Sequence record: MZ501069
Source: Escherichia phage FritzSarasin
Reading direction: 5' to 3' (one strand)
DNA length: 51,777 nucleotides
Part shown: positions 20,777-30,872 of the stretch, piece after piece
Numbering within the stretch: position 1 is the stretch's first letter
Layout of the letters: the number at the start of each line of letters is the position of its first letter
Made by a program: the position numbers and the translations under genes
The notes under the pieces: model-generated
The model's input: only the letters and a program-made list of their open reading frames with translations
Told to the model about the DNA's origin: nothing
The model's database searches: none

Positions 20777-21051
20777 TAATTACACCTCAAATCAATAAAT
20801 TTACTTTCATTTTGCCAGCGGTTGATAAATTTAACTTCTTTATTGTCAACGCTCAACCTGTATTGCTTTTGGCTGAATCTGTTTTCGCGGACTGCATTAA
20901 TTTTGACCTCATGGAATCCGTTAACAGGGAATGTTTTAACGTTAAATTTTGCCGTGCAATCGATCTCTTTGAAGCCGCCAGTAGGCGACGCTGCGCATCC
21001 GGTCAGAGCGGCTACGGTGGCGATAACTGCGATTAATTTTTTCATCTTCAA
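20776..21051 (-). CDS. small lipoprotein, Cor-like superinfection-exclusion candidate
   Basis: 91 aa; signal peptide with lipobox LTGC; Cor-like by size, lipoprotein character and proximity to tail genes; homology not verified. Confidence 0.5.
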   Translation of the reverse strand: MKMKKLIAVIATVAALTGCAASPTGGFKEIDCTAKFNVKTFPVNGFHEVKINAVRENRFSQKQYRLSVDNKEVKFINRWQNESKFIDLRCN

Positions 21052-21100
21052 TACTCCTTAGTTGTCGTTGCCTGTAACTATACACGATCCGACAAGCGGC

Positions 21101-21120
21101 GTTTAGCAAAAAGTGCTACT
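21101..21120 (-). promoter_or_regulatory. conserved promoter-module motif, variant copy (leftward)
   Basis: Minus-strand reading AGTAGCACTTTTTGCTAAAC, about 21 nt, then TATAGT; lipoprotein ATG about 70 nt downstream. Confidence 0.5.
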
Positions 21121-21488
21121 TGTTATTTTTTGTTTTTCGGTGTTATCGAATTTAAGACGGCGTAAATTTAGCTCAAATTTTAGCCAACATGAGAGCGATA
21201 AACAATCAATAAAATAGATATATACATATAAAATCAATAGTTTATTTATTTATGTATGTATATTTGTTTTTTCTTGTTATCTGTGTTTCTTGTGGTTTTG
21301 GTTGTTTGTGGTGATTTTTCTTTCTGAGTATCTGTATGTGCCATCATTCATGTGTATGTATATAATCCGGCGTATCTGAGAGAACAAGGGAACAAGAAAA
21401 ATAACACATATTAATCATTGACTTACATTTCAAATTTGTTTTCTTGCAATCTAAGAACGTTTAGAAAACAGAAAAAACAAAACAACTA

Positions 21489-21516
21489 TTGACTAAATCA
21501 ACCAAATGGCTACAAT
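21489..21516 (+). promoter_or_regulatory. sigma70-type promoter (TTGACT-N16-TACAAT)
   Basis: Near-consensus -35 and -10 about 30 nt upstream of exonuclease ATG. Confidence 0.55.
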
Positions 21517-21546
21517 GCACACACAAAGCAACAAGGAGCATCAAAG

Positions 21547-22602
21547 ATGAGTGATTTTAACGCCTACACTAGCGAAGAAATGAGCAATGAGCTTTATCAT
21601 GATCCTAACGCGTGGACGGCTGAATACGTCAGCGGTTCCAGCTTGGCGGAGATTTACAGCACTTGCCCGGCGTACTGGAAGTACAAGCCTCGCCAGGAAA
21701 CTAAGGCACTTGTTTTCGGTACGCAGTCGCATACCAATTTTGAAAGCAATGAGTTATTCGAAAAAACATATCGCCGCGCACCGTCGCAGGATGATTTTAA
21801 AGATCTGATCACAAGTCAAACGGCGTTAGCCTCAAAGCTGAAATCTTTTGGCCTGAAAGGTACAACGGGTAAGCAATACCCAGAATTGCTGGAAATGCTG
21901 TACAAGTGCGGTGAGGATCTCAATGTATGGTGGCTTATCGAAATGATGGCAGAATGCCAGGCCGCAGCGGACGGCGTGCAGTTAATCGACGCGAAAGATT
22001 ATGATGCCTGTGTAGCGATGCGGCGCGTACTTGAGGCAATACCTGAGCATAATGCTTGCATGAATAGCCCAACCGCGCAGCGTGAAATGTCAATATTCGG
22101 GATCATCAATGGCGTAAAAGTTAAAGTGCGCCTTGATCACGTTGACGTAAACAAGGATGTAAAGGCCACAATCATTAACGGTTACGACGAAAAAGGCCGA
22201 CCGATTTATGAAGAAGTCATCTATCCAGAAGCTGTGATTATCACTGACTATAAAACAACGGTTAGCGCAAATCCGGTTGACTTCCAGCGCCTGGCTTACA
22301 ATCACGGCTATTATCTCAAAATGGCTTTGCAGCATGATTTATTTAAAAAGGCGTATCCAGACGAGGAAAGGCCAGTAATTGTGAGATTGCTTGCTCAAGA
22401 GAAGAAAGAGCCTTACTTGCCGCTCGCATTCCGCATGAACATTGAGCAATTGAAGATCGGGCGTATCCAGTACATGAGCGTGATCAACAAGTTCAACGTT
22501 TGCCAACAGTTAGATGAATGGCCTTCGTATGCAAACGGGCAGCCAGAAATTGATCTTGATACTCCTGATTGGGTGCGCGCTCAATTCAGGCAGTATCTAT
22601 GA
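21547..22602 (+). CDS. putative recombination exonuclease (PD-(D/E)XK type)
   Basis: 351 aa; block VIITDYKTT resembles the D...(D/E)xK nuclease core; first gene of an exo-Erf-SSB module. Confidence 0.5.
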   Translation: MSDFNAYTSEEMSNELYHDPNAWTAEYVSGSSLAEIYSTCPAYWKYKPRQETKALVFGTQSHTNFESNELFEKTYRRAPSQDDFKDLITSQTALASKLKSFGLKGTTGKQYPELLEMLYKCGEDLNVWWLIEMMAECQAAADGVQLIDAKDYDACVAMRRVLEAIPEHNACMNSPTAQREMSIFGIINGVKVKVRLDHVDVNKDVKATIINGYDEKGRPIYEEVIYPEAVIITDYKTTVSANPVDFQRLAYNHGYYLKMALQHDLFKKAYPDEERPVIVRLLAQEKKEPYLPLAFRMNIEQLKIGRIQYMSVINKFNVCQQLDEWPSYANGQPEIDLDTPDWVRAQFRQYL

Positions 22603-22677
22603 CAAACTAAACAAATAGCTAAACTTTTATAATGGTTGGTGATATAATTCGCCAACCAGATAACGGGAGAATGAGAG

Positions 22678-22935
22678 ATGACAGATAAAGACAATGCCAC
22701 ATTATTGCATTTAGAGCGATTCATTGATCGAGTAACCATTGCAATGAAAGAATTTATTAAGCCGATGAACATTAAAGAGTCGGAAGAAATGAAGACTTAC
22801 ATCAAGGACGTGGTTGCATCCATTGACAACGTTATCCTTGTTGCAACGATGAGCAAGGGAAACAAAGAGCGCGAGAGGTTGGTTGCTGAATCAACAGAAG
22901 AATTTATTAAAATGCTTGAAAGCGAGAAGGAATAA
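22678..22935 (+). CDS. hypothetical protein
   Basis: 85 aa with RBS GGGAGAATGAGAG upstream; between exonuclease and Erf. Confidence 0.5.
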   Translation: MTDKDNATLLHLERFIDRVTIAMKEFIKPMNIKESEEMKTYIKDVVASIDNVILVATMSKGNKERERLVAESTEEFIKMLESEKE

Positions 22936-23592
<657 letters not shown>

Positions 23593-23635
23593 TAAACGGG
23601 GCGCTTGCGCCCCTTTTGTCATAGGAGAAAACAAA

Positions 23636-24082
23636 ATGCACGTTATTACAGGTGAGATCCGAAAAGAGCCAAAAGTAAAGCAAATGCCTAACGGTAGCAC
23701 GCTATATGTTGTTGAGCTTTCCGAACGATATAAAGACCGTGAAGGCAATTGGCAGTATACAAACTATGTATTTTTCTTTAACGCGAAAACAGACGGCCTG
23801 AATGGTTGGTATGCTGAGGCGTTCCAGGTAGGCAAGGTTATTTCTGTTTCCTGCGATACCTTGCGAGTTGAAACGCGAGAATACAACGGAAAGATTTACA
23901 GCACCGTGCAGCCTGGCGGATTTGCAAACTTGCTATTTAGCCAGCGTGGGGAAAGCCAGCAACAATATCAGCAGCGCACTCAAGGTGGATGGGGGCAACC
24001 ACAACAGCAACAAATCCCTCAACAGCAACCACAGCAAAGCAATCAGCCGCCGATTGACTTTGATGACGATATACCTTTCTGA
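23636..24082 (+). CDS. ssb: single-stranded DNA-binding protein
   Basis: 148 aa; OB-fold-like N-terminus, Q/G/P-rich linker, acidic tail ending DFDDDIPF. Confidence 0.85.
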   Translation: MHVITGEIRKEPKVKQMPNGSTLYVVELSERYKDREGNWQYTNYVFFFNAKTDGLNGWYAEAFQVGKVISVSCDTLRVETREYNGKIYSTVQPGGFANLLFSQRGESQQQYQQRTQGGWGQPQQQQIPQQQPQQSNQPPIDFDDDIPF

Positions 24083-24083
24083 T

Positions 24084-24113
24084 AAAAAGCCCCGCACATG
24101 CGGGGCTTTTTTT
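24084..24113. terminator. bidirectional terminator
   Basis: AAAAA-GCCCCGCACATGCGGGGC-TTTTTTT between convergent SSB and tail-fibre genes. Confidence 0.65.
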
Positions 24114-26721
24114 AGTCTGTATCTGTTGGATTGTTGATTAATTTCGCTACCGCTTTTCTTAGATCATCTATCTCTTTCTCCATTTTCTCAATTTTCCCCC
24201 CCATGTAGACCATAGCGCAAGCCATATCTGTTAGCATAACATTGCTATCTAGCGCCAATGTGTCATCATTTCTGTCAGTTTCAATCTGACGATCAATGTA
24301 TTCCTCACCATTTTCATCAACTCCAATCACATCCTCAAATACCGGCGAGCCTGGAACTAGCTTTACATATTGTGGATCGATTTTTAACAGATCTTGAGCT
24401 ATCAGGCCAAAACGTTGAACATCAGATCCGTTATATTTAAACATAGCAGGCAACCATTGCATTACGCGATCGTAGCTTTCCTTTCCGTCTGTGTATTTAA
24501 TGTCGTGTTTCAAATCACGATCGGACGTTGGGTTTTTTGCGAAAATAAAAGCACCTCCGCCGAAACCTTGCTCCCATGTAGTAATGTCACCAGCATATGT
24601 AAAATGATAAGCACGATGAAAACGACCATCACCATTTAACTTTAGCGCTACATCAGGCCACGCGGCATTTCCGTTTGATACAACACCAAGCCCAACTCGC
24701 ATATGATAACCGCCAGTTGATAAAGAGCCACCAGAAACAACAGGACTCCAACCAGAGTCATTGTTTGTAACTGAGTTTGCGTAGTATGGCGCCCCCATGT
24801 GATCCCATTCAAGACCCCATGCGCCTTGTACACACTGACCATTAAAACCACGCTGCGCAGTCATGTATCCACCGTAATCATTGTGGAATCTAAACTCTTT
24901 GACGTCAGATCCTTGATTATTAACCAATACTTTTACATGGGCTATATCAGTAGAGCCGCCTCTTACAGCGCCAAATTGCCAGAATCCACCGTACCAGTTG
25001 CCTTGTAGCAAGTTTACCCATCCATAAGCTCCACCATCTCCTGATGCGTTTGTCAGGTAAATATCTTTATCACCTCCTTCGGCAGTTCCGCAGCCAACTC
25101 GCATTGCCTGTTTTGCAGTAATCCACCCGTTAGAGTAAAGCCCACCAGTTCCATTGATTTCAACATGATGTAGACCTGATAACTTTGAGTTTTCATCAAA
25201 TTGCAGGTATCCGTGCTTGTCTCCTTCATTGTTTGCTGTATGTATTGTTGTTTTCCATAATCCGCCTTGCTTTTCAGCGTATACCCGAGAATAACCCCGA
25301 GAAACACCATCATCACCCTTTGCGTGTAAATTCAAGATTCCACTAAGCTCAGCAGCTCCAGCATATTGATGAACAAGATCTAGATCGGAAAATCTTGGTG
25401 TTTGTCTCTCACCCAATCCAAGACCATCCCTAAACAAAAGAATATCGCGGATAACATAATCATTAATCGCATAGAATCCTGTGTTAGTTAAAACCATTGC
25501 CCTTACTTCTGTACATTCAGCGGCAGGATCTGTCGCACCAAACTTAAAAACTGTTGCGTTTTCAACAAAACCATCTGGCGCATAATCTGATGTTGGGACA
25601 ACAACATCAATATTGCTTTCACAGTGAATGCTAACAGGAAATGCGCCGCCTCGAATGTAAACTGCAAACGCCTTTTGTGTTGCTTTCGCTGGCATCAAAA
25701 TAGAATCAATAGTTCTTTCATCTTTCTGATAGATGGTGAAATTACCATAAACGCTATCAACGCCGTCAGACCATCCAGAAGTACGAGCATAGCCAGCAAA
25801 TGACGCTGAATTATAAGGATAATCACCAGTCCTATTACTAGTTGAGATCTGGAAGAAAACGCCTAATTGACTCATATCACCAACGTTCTTTTCTTGGAAG
25901 ATCACAGGGTAATATTTTGCATCTTCCGCACCCGCTGGAGCGTTTACAGTTCTTTCGTATTTCCAGCCCTGATAACCTACAACTGCTTGATGCGCTCTAT
26001 CAGCTTCCATTTCGGCGCGGTTTGCTTGCTGCAATGCGTTGGCTGAATGGTTAGCAGCCTGATCTCGCGCACTTTCTGCGCCTGTTTTAGCCTCAATCGC
26101 CTGATCTTTTAGCGACGATGTATCGCTTTTAATCTGATTCATTTCAACAACAGCTTGATCTTTAGTCTGGTTTACAGTCAGCACACCCTGATCTCGCGCC
26201 GAGTTAATTTCCGCTACCGCTGAATCTTTGATCTGTTGCGTTTGTTGCATGTAGCCTTTTGCTGATTCAGCATGATTAAAAGATTGACCAGCCCATGTTT
26301 GCGCGTTTTGTTCGCTTTGTGCTGCTGATGCCGCATTTCTCACTGTTTCATCACGTAAGTCAATCAGCTTTTGCAGATCAAAGTTCCTGAAAAATTCAAT
26401 TGCTTCCTCTATCTGCGTTTCCTTGCTTTGATAGTAGCGCAGCGTTTCAGCTACATCTTGCGCCAGACCGTCAACAGTGATCGAGTCATGCAGTAAAATG
26501 ATGTAATTGCTTCGCGCAATTTCAGATCCGCCAGTTGTGATGGCGCGGATTTGCGTATCACTAATAACCTCACTGATTACCGCCGCCTGAAAAGGGGCGT
26601 CAATAAAAAATATTGTCGCACCTGGGCGAATCAAGGTTAATTGCTCACGCCATTTTGTGTCGTAACCAGTTACATAACCTTGCGCGTCCATAGACGCTTG
26701 GCCTTGTCTGTAAATTGCCAT
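24112..26721 (-). CDS. tail fibre protein with C-terminal intramolecular chaperone (S74-like) domain
   Basis: 869 aa from ATG at 26721 (AGGAGG RBS); C-terminal block DLKHDIKYTD...RFGLIAQDL...LINNPTDTD resembles self-cleaving chaperone domains. Confidence 0.8.
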   Translation of the reverse strand: MAIYRQGQASMDAQGYVTGYDTKWREQLTLIRPGATIFFIDAPFQAAVISEVISDTQIRAITTGGSEIARSNYIILLHDSITVDGLAQDVAETLRYYQSKETQIEEAIEFFRNFDLQKLIDLRDETVRNAASAAQSEQNAQTWAGQSFNHAESAKGYMQQTQQIKDSAVAEINSARDQGVLTVNQTKDQAVVEMNQIKSDTSSLKDQAIEAKTGAESARDQAANHSANALQQANRAEMEADRAHQAVVGYQGWKYERTVNAPAGAEDAKYYPVIFQEKNVGDMSQLGVFFQISTSNRTGDYPYNSASFAGYARTSGWSDGVDSVYGNFTIYQKDERTIDSILMPAKATQKAFAVYIRGGAFPVSIHCESNIDVVVPTSDYAPDGFVENATVFKFGATDPAAECTEVRAMVLTNTGFYAINDYVIRDILLFRDGLGLGERQTPRFSDLDLVHQYAGAAELSGILNLHAKGDDGVSRGYSRVYAEKQGGLWKTTIHTANNEGDKHGYLQFDENSKLSGLHHVEINGTGGLYSNGWITAKQAMRVGCGTAEGGDKDIYLTNASGDGGAYGWVNLLQGNWYGGFWQFGAVRGGSTDIAHVKVLVNNQGSDVKEFRFHNDYGGYMTAQRGFNGQCVQGAWGLEWDHMGAPYYANSVTNNDSGWSPVVSGGSLSTGGYHMRVGLGVVSNGNAAWPDVALKLNGDGRFHRAYHFTYAGDITTWEQGFGGGAFIFAKNPTSDRDLKHDIKYTDGKESYDRVMQWLPAMFKYNGSDVQRFGLIAQDLLKIDPQYVKLVPGSPVFEDVIGVDENGEEYIDRQIETDRNDDTLALDSNVMLTDMACAMVYMGGKIEKMEKEIDDLRKAVAKLINNPTDTD

Positions 26722-26737
26722 TTGTAAAATCCTCCTA

Positions 26738-26755
26738 AATAGCACTTTTTGCTAA
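26738..26755 (+). promoter_or_regulatory. conserved motif copy abutting RBS of tail-fibre gene (reverse relative to gene)
   Basis: AATAGCACTTTTTGCTAA on the plus strand; on the minus strand it sits directly 5' of AGGAGG and the tail-fibre ATG. Confidence 0.45.
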
Positions 26756-26785
26756 TGACAATGCAGATAATAGCATTTTCAAATG

Positions 26786-26811
26786 CAAAAAAAAACCCCG
26801 CATAAGCGGGG
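26786..26811 (-). terminator. rho-independent terminator (minus strand)
   Basis: On the minus strand CCCCGCTTATGCGGGG followed by a T9 run, downstream of the primase gene. Confidence 0.65.
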
Positions 26812-26827
26812 TAATACTAGCGGAGTT

Positions 26828-27784
26828 TTATAGCAGTGATTCGGGCTTGTAGAGTTTTCTTTCTACGCCCTGTTTAAAATTATCGTTAACAGGCATCATT
26901 ATGTCAAGACCTCTTTCCTCTGCCGCGATTATCACATCACGATCATCCTTCCGGCAGACTACGCGCATTCTTCTTTCTCCTTTATATCTATGCGCAACCA
27001 TTTCAAGATTTGAAGGAGTAAAGCAAGCCCACACCTCTTGACCAGTTGATAAATGAACATGCTGGGAATCAACCCAATCAAGGCACAAATAGATCGTCTT
27101 ATCCGTGCTACCTGTTTTAACAACAGATCCGCGCGTGTAGTCGCGAGCTAAAAACCAATCCTTTCCATCCTCATCAATGAAAAGCACGTTACACATTTCA
27201 TCATCCAGCCCGTCATCATGCACCAGGTGACAAGGTAGCGCGTGAATGTATCGACCATCCTTGACGCCGCAATCATAATGACAATCTTCCGGCGGATATA
27301 TCCCCTCATAAACGCTTAAGGGTGTGCGATCGAATTTTAATGTTTTTGCCATCACTTTTTCGCAGCATTCATGACTTGCCTGTTTCCCGAACGAGTAGCC
27401 AGAAGAACGTGAAGCGCGCTTGTTTGCTCTGATCCTGTAATCTTGTGGCACTTTGCCGAGGAAGCGGCCCAAAATGTTGATGGCCTCGCTGTAAGGTTCG
27501 CCAGTTAATTTCATTAACCAACCGATCCCTGTGTCGTTACCGCATACGTTGCAGATCGCGCCGCCGTCGCCCTCTTCATTTAGCTTATCAGTCCATCTAA
27601 AACGATCCTTACCGCCGCAGTGTGGGCAAGGCTGATGCTTTTTGTTGAAAACATCGCTATGCAGTCCGCAAATGCTTTGTAGTGCTTCACGCCATAACCC
27701 CTTCATATATGGCAAAACATCTTCTTTCTGATAGGTCATAAAGTTTTCAGTATTCATAGCAACCTCAATAAAAAAGCCCAGCAA
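26828..27784 (-). CDS. putative DNA primase (zinc-ribbon type)
   Basis: 318 aa; CPHCGG...CNVCG zinc-ribbon motif near N-terminus; adjacent to helicase region. Confidence 0.55.
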   Translation of the reverse strand: MLGFFIEVAMNTENFMTYQKEDVLPYMKGLWREALQSICGLHSDVFNKKHQPCPHCGGKDRFRWTDKLNEEGDGGAICNVCGNDTGIGWLMKLTGEPYSEAINILGRFLGKVPQDYRIRANKRASRSSGYSFGKQASHECCEKVMAKTLKFDRTPLSVYEGIYPPEDCHYDCGVKDGRYIHALPCHLVHDDGLDDEMCNVLFIDEDGKDWFLARDYTRGSVVKTGSTDKTIYLCLDWVDSQHVHLSTGQEVWACFTPSNLEMVAHRYKGERRMRVVCRKDDRDVIIAAEERGLDIMMPVNDNFKQGVERKLYKPESLL

Positions 27785-27811
27785 ATATTATCATTTCGCT
27801 GGGCCTTATCA

Positions 27812-28288
27812 TTAGCTATTCGTGCTGTTATCACCTTTGTAGAATCGTCCGCCTGGTTCGTAGTCTGAATTTTTGACTACGCGCAACATTTCGTATTTGT
27901 CGCAACGGGTAGTAAGAGGCTTGCCGTTAGAATCAAACCGCAGATCTGGACGACAAAACGAGGCGCGGTATCCTTTGCATCCATTATATTTGTAGTCGTT
28001 ATGCACCTTTTGTGCTCCAGCGGCTGAAATCATACCACGCTTTCGCCATTGGTTAACAACTTGCTGAGATACGCGCAGACGTCGAGCCATAGCAGGAACG
28101 CCGCCGTAATACTCGATCAGAATGTCAAGGCGAGATTTCAGGCTTGCTTTTACCTCATCTCGCAGGATAAGAAATCCGGTTCGGTGTTTTCGTGGCTTTT
28201 TGTCTTTACCTCGTCGCGTTCCGTTGTTACCGTTAATAGTGCGCTTGTCGATCTCACCCGTAGATACTGCAATTCGTGCATCTTTCAT
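27812..28288 (-). CDS. putative HTH DNA-binding protein
   Basis: 158 aa; basic N-terminus and HTH-like segment RRLRVSQQVVNQWRKRGMIS; RBS GAGGTGA. Confidence 0.45.
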   Translation of the reverse strand: MKDARIAVSTGEIDKRTINGNNGTRRGKDKKPRKHRTGFLILRDEVKASLKSRLDILIEYYGGVPAMARRLRVSQQVVNQWRKRGMISAAGAQKVHNDYKYNGCKGYRASFCRPDLRFDSNGKPLTTRCDKYEMLRVVKNSDYEPGGRFYKGDNSTNS

Positions 28289-28299
28289 CTAGTCACCTC

Positions 28300-28319
28300 A
28301 TAGCATTTTTTGTTAAAAC
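28300..28319 (+). promoter_or_regulatory. conserved promoter-module motif copy (rightward)
   Basis: ATAGCATTTTTTGTTAAAAC, 22-nt spacer, TATTAT; helicase ATG 77 nt downstream. Confidence 0.55.
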
Positions 28320-28375
28320 AGTTTATTGTAATGAGTCTATTATATACTCCAAATGGCATTTTTTAAAGGTTTAAG

Positions 28376-30373
28376 ATGATTCCAAATATCGAAAAACAAA
28401 TATCAGCGTTAGGCGAGGCAGTAATAAAAAGCATCCAAGAGCGATTCACGGTTGGCAATATAGTGCCTTATCCTTATCAGTGCGTTGCGTATGCCGAGAT
28501 CGCAAAGCGCATGAAAAACTATGAGCATCCTTTCTTTGTTAAGGCTTCTGTGTCGGCTGGCAAAACATTGATGTTTGCGATGGTTGCTGCGCAATGCCGC
28601 AAAATGGGATTGAAAATGATGGTCCTTGCTCGCCAGGCTGAAATTGTTGATCAGGATTCGGAAGAGATCAGCAATCTTGGCGTGCCAAACTCAATCTATT
28701 GCGCCGGACTGAAAACAAAAAGCGCATACTTTCCGATCGTAGTCGGTTCTGAGGGCACTGTAGTAAACGGATTGTTTAAGTCGTTAGGTGATTATGTTCC
28801 GCACGTTATCGGTATTGATGAATGTCACCAGGTGGATTGGGAGGATCTCGCCGACGCGATAGAAAATAATGAATCTTACCAGCAGATGACCACTAAGAAG
28901 GATTTGCCTGTACTGATTGGAGAAGAACAGCAATTTGATTCCAATGGCGATCCAATGTTCGGAACAGGGCGCACACAGTACACCGTAATAATCATGGAAA
29001 TGATGCGCAGGTGTCGCGAGGCATACGGGCACGAATTGCGAATATTCGGTATGACTGGATCTGAGTTTCGCGGCGTGGTTCCAATACTGGTCGAAGATAA
29101 GAACAAAAAGGGATTCTGGCGTGAGCAGGTGACTAACATAGACACAAACTACTTAATCAAATTTGGTTCGGTAGTGCCAACAAATTTCGGCGACGTAGGC
29201 GACCTGGGGTATGACCTTTCAGAGTTCGAAGCCAGTAGCGAGGATGGCGTTTCAGACTTTGACGCTAAAACATTGCGCAAGATGGAAGAAAAAATCCATC
29301 AAGACGCAACAATGACACAGAAAATCATGGCTAAAGTCCATGAGATATGCAAAGACAGGAACGGAGTTTTAGTTACATGCGCAGGGGAAAGACATTGCAA
29401 GGAGGCCGCCGCCGCACTGCCGCAAGGCGTTGAATACAGGATCATAACTGGCAAAACTGGAGATAATCAGCGTAAAGAGTGGCTGAGGGAGGCATACGAG
29501 GGGAAAGTAAAATACATCTTCCAGGTACAGGCGCTTACCACTGGCGTTAACGTTCCGTTTTGGGATACTTCGGTAATACTGAGAAAGATAGGATCTCTAA
29601 CATTGCTTATCCAGCTTTTGGGGCGCGGTATGCGACTGCTTAAGCAATGGCACATTGAGCAGGGATTCAAGAAAAAAGACCATCTTGTATTGGATTTTGC
29701 CGGTACTATGGATGAGTTAGGGGATTTGTATTTCGATCCAATCCTTGAGCAAGCGCAATTCCAAAAGAGATTTACAAACGGGAAAGAGCCTAAGACTTGT
29801 CCGATATGTGGAACGCTAAACAGCTTTTACGCTCGCCGATGTATGCACGTAGACGATAACGGGAAGAGATGCGAGCATTTTTGGACTTACAGAATTTGCG
29901 AGGACCAGGTAGATCCGAGAACGAAAAAGATAATCAAGCGCGGTTGCGGAACAAAAAACGACGTAGTGGCGAGAGTTTGCCGTTGTTGCGATATTTCTCT
30001 TGTCGATCCTAACGAGAAGTTAAGCGGTAAGCACTACACCAAAAACGATTGGTGCAACGTTAAATCTTTCCGCGTTGATATGACGAAAAACCAGAAAGGA
30101 ATTGTTTTTTGCTATGAGCTTGAGGCCAACGGCGACACGTTCAAGGCATACGAAAGATTTTTCCCTGAGTCAGAAAGCAACATTTGCCGGACGATATGGA
30201 GAAAAATAGCATTGCAGCACATACCGGATCGCAAGATTGCTGGTATGGTGGCGAGCTATAGAAATGCGCGTAAAATAATGTCATACGCTCATCACATCAT
30301 GCCTCCTGTACGCGTAACGCATCGCAAAAACGGCAAAGGTGAGGATAACATTGCAAAACGGGAGTTTGTTTAA
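28376..30373 (+). CDS. SF2 DEAD/DEAH-box-like helicase
   Basis: 665 aa; Walker A ASVSAGKT, motif II IGIDECHQ (DExH); Cys-rich C-terminal region. Confidence 0.8.
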   Translation: MIPNIEKQISALGEAVIKSIQERFTVGNIVPYPYQCVAYAEIAKRMKNYEHPFFVKASVSAGKTLMFAMVAAQCRKMGLKMMVLARQAEIVDQDSEEISNLGVPNSIYCAGLKTKSAYFPIVVGSEGTVVNGLFKSLGDYVPHVIGIDECHQVDWEDLADAIENNESYQQMTTKKDLPVLIGEEQQFDSNGDPMFGTGRTQYTVIIMEMMRRCREAYGHELRIFGMTGSEFRGVVPILVEDKNKKGFWREQVTNIDTNYLIKFGSVVPTNFGDVGDLGYDLSEFEASSEDGVSDFDAKTLRKMEEKIHQDATMTQKIMAKVHEICKDRNGVLVTCAGERHCKEAAAALPQGVEYRIITGKTGDNQRKEWLREAYEGKVKYIFQVQALTTGVNVPFWDTSVILRKIGSLTLLIQLLGRGMRLLKQWHIEQGFKKKDHLVLDFAGTMDELGDLYFDPILEQAQFQKRFTNGKEPKTCPICGTLNSFYARRCMHVDDNGKRCEHFWTYRICEDQVDPRTKKIIKRGCGTKNDVVARVCRCCDISLVDPNEKLSGKHYTKNDWCNVKSFRVDMTKNQKGIVFCYELEANGDTFKAYERFFPESESNICRTIWRKIALQHIPDRKIAGMVASYRNARKIMSYAHHIMPPVRVTHRKNGKGEDNIAKREFV

Positions 30374-30792
30374 TGGCTATAACTGATAAAGGCGATTATC
30401 TTGAGTTTTACGAAAGGGATCCAACCGACACGAGAAGGGAAGTTAATCACCAGATAGATAGTTTTCAGTGGTTGACTTATGCTCATCCTTATTTGCTGGC
30501 GTGGCATACGGTAAACGAGAATGAGAAGTCTAAAGTAACGGCGATGATTGATCAGCAGTCCGGCTTGGTTAAGGGAGTAAGCGATTTCATCATCCTGATT
30601 GGTTTAAACGGAAAATACCCCTTTGCAGCGATTGAGATCAAACGAGTGAATAAATCAGGCAAGGGGAAAGCATCACCAGTCAGCGATGAACAAAAGGCTT
30701 TTTTGCGTCGCGTTCGCAGCTTAGGAGGATTCGCTGCGGTAGCCTACGGATTCAATCAGTTTAAGTTGGCTATTGAATACATGCTTAAATAG
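30373..30792 (+). CDS. VRR-NUC domain nuclease
   Basis: 139 aa; core GVSDFIILIGLNGKYPFAAIEIKR fits the D...E.K pattern; start overlaps helicase stop. Confidence 0.55.
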   Translation: MAITDKGDYLEFYERDPTDTRREVNHQIDSFQWLTYAHPYLLAWHTVNENEKSKVTAMIDQQSGLVKGVSDFIILIGLNGKYPFAAIEIKRVNKSGKGKASPVSDEQKAFLRRVRSLGGFAAVAYGFNQFKLAIEYMLK

Positions 30793-30808
30793 CACTTTTT
30801 GTTAAAAC
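30788..30808 (+). promoter_or_regulatory. conserved promoter-module motif copy (rightward)
   Basis: AATAGCACTTTTTGTTAAAAC, inverted repeat GGCGCGATGGATTGCGCC, CATAAT; contains stop TAG of the upstream gene; Dam ATG 85 nt downstream. Confidence 0.6.
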
Positions 30809-30872
30809 TGGCGCGATGGATTGCGCCATAATTCAATAACACGAGATGGCTTTTAATAGCGGAGAAATGAAA

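Noticed and set aside
21180-21420. The AT-rich regions as degenerate coding sequence or pseudogenes
   Set aside because: No ORF of meaningful length on either strand; the composition is dominated by simple repeats and promoter-like elements.
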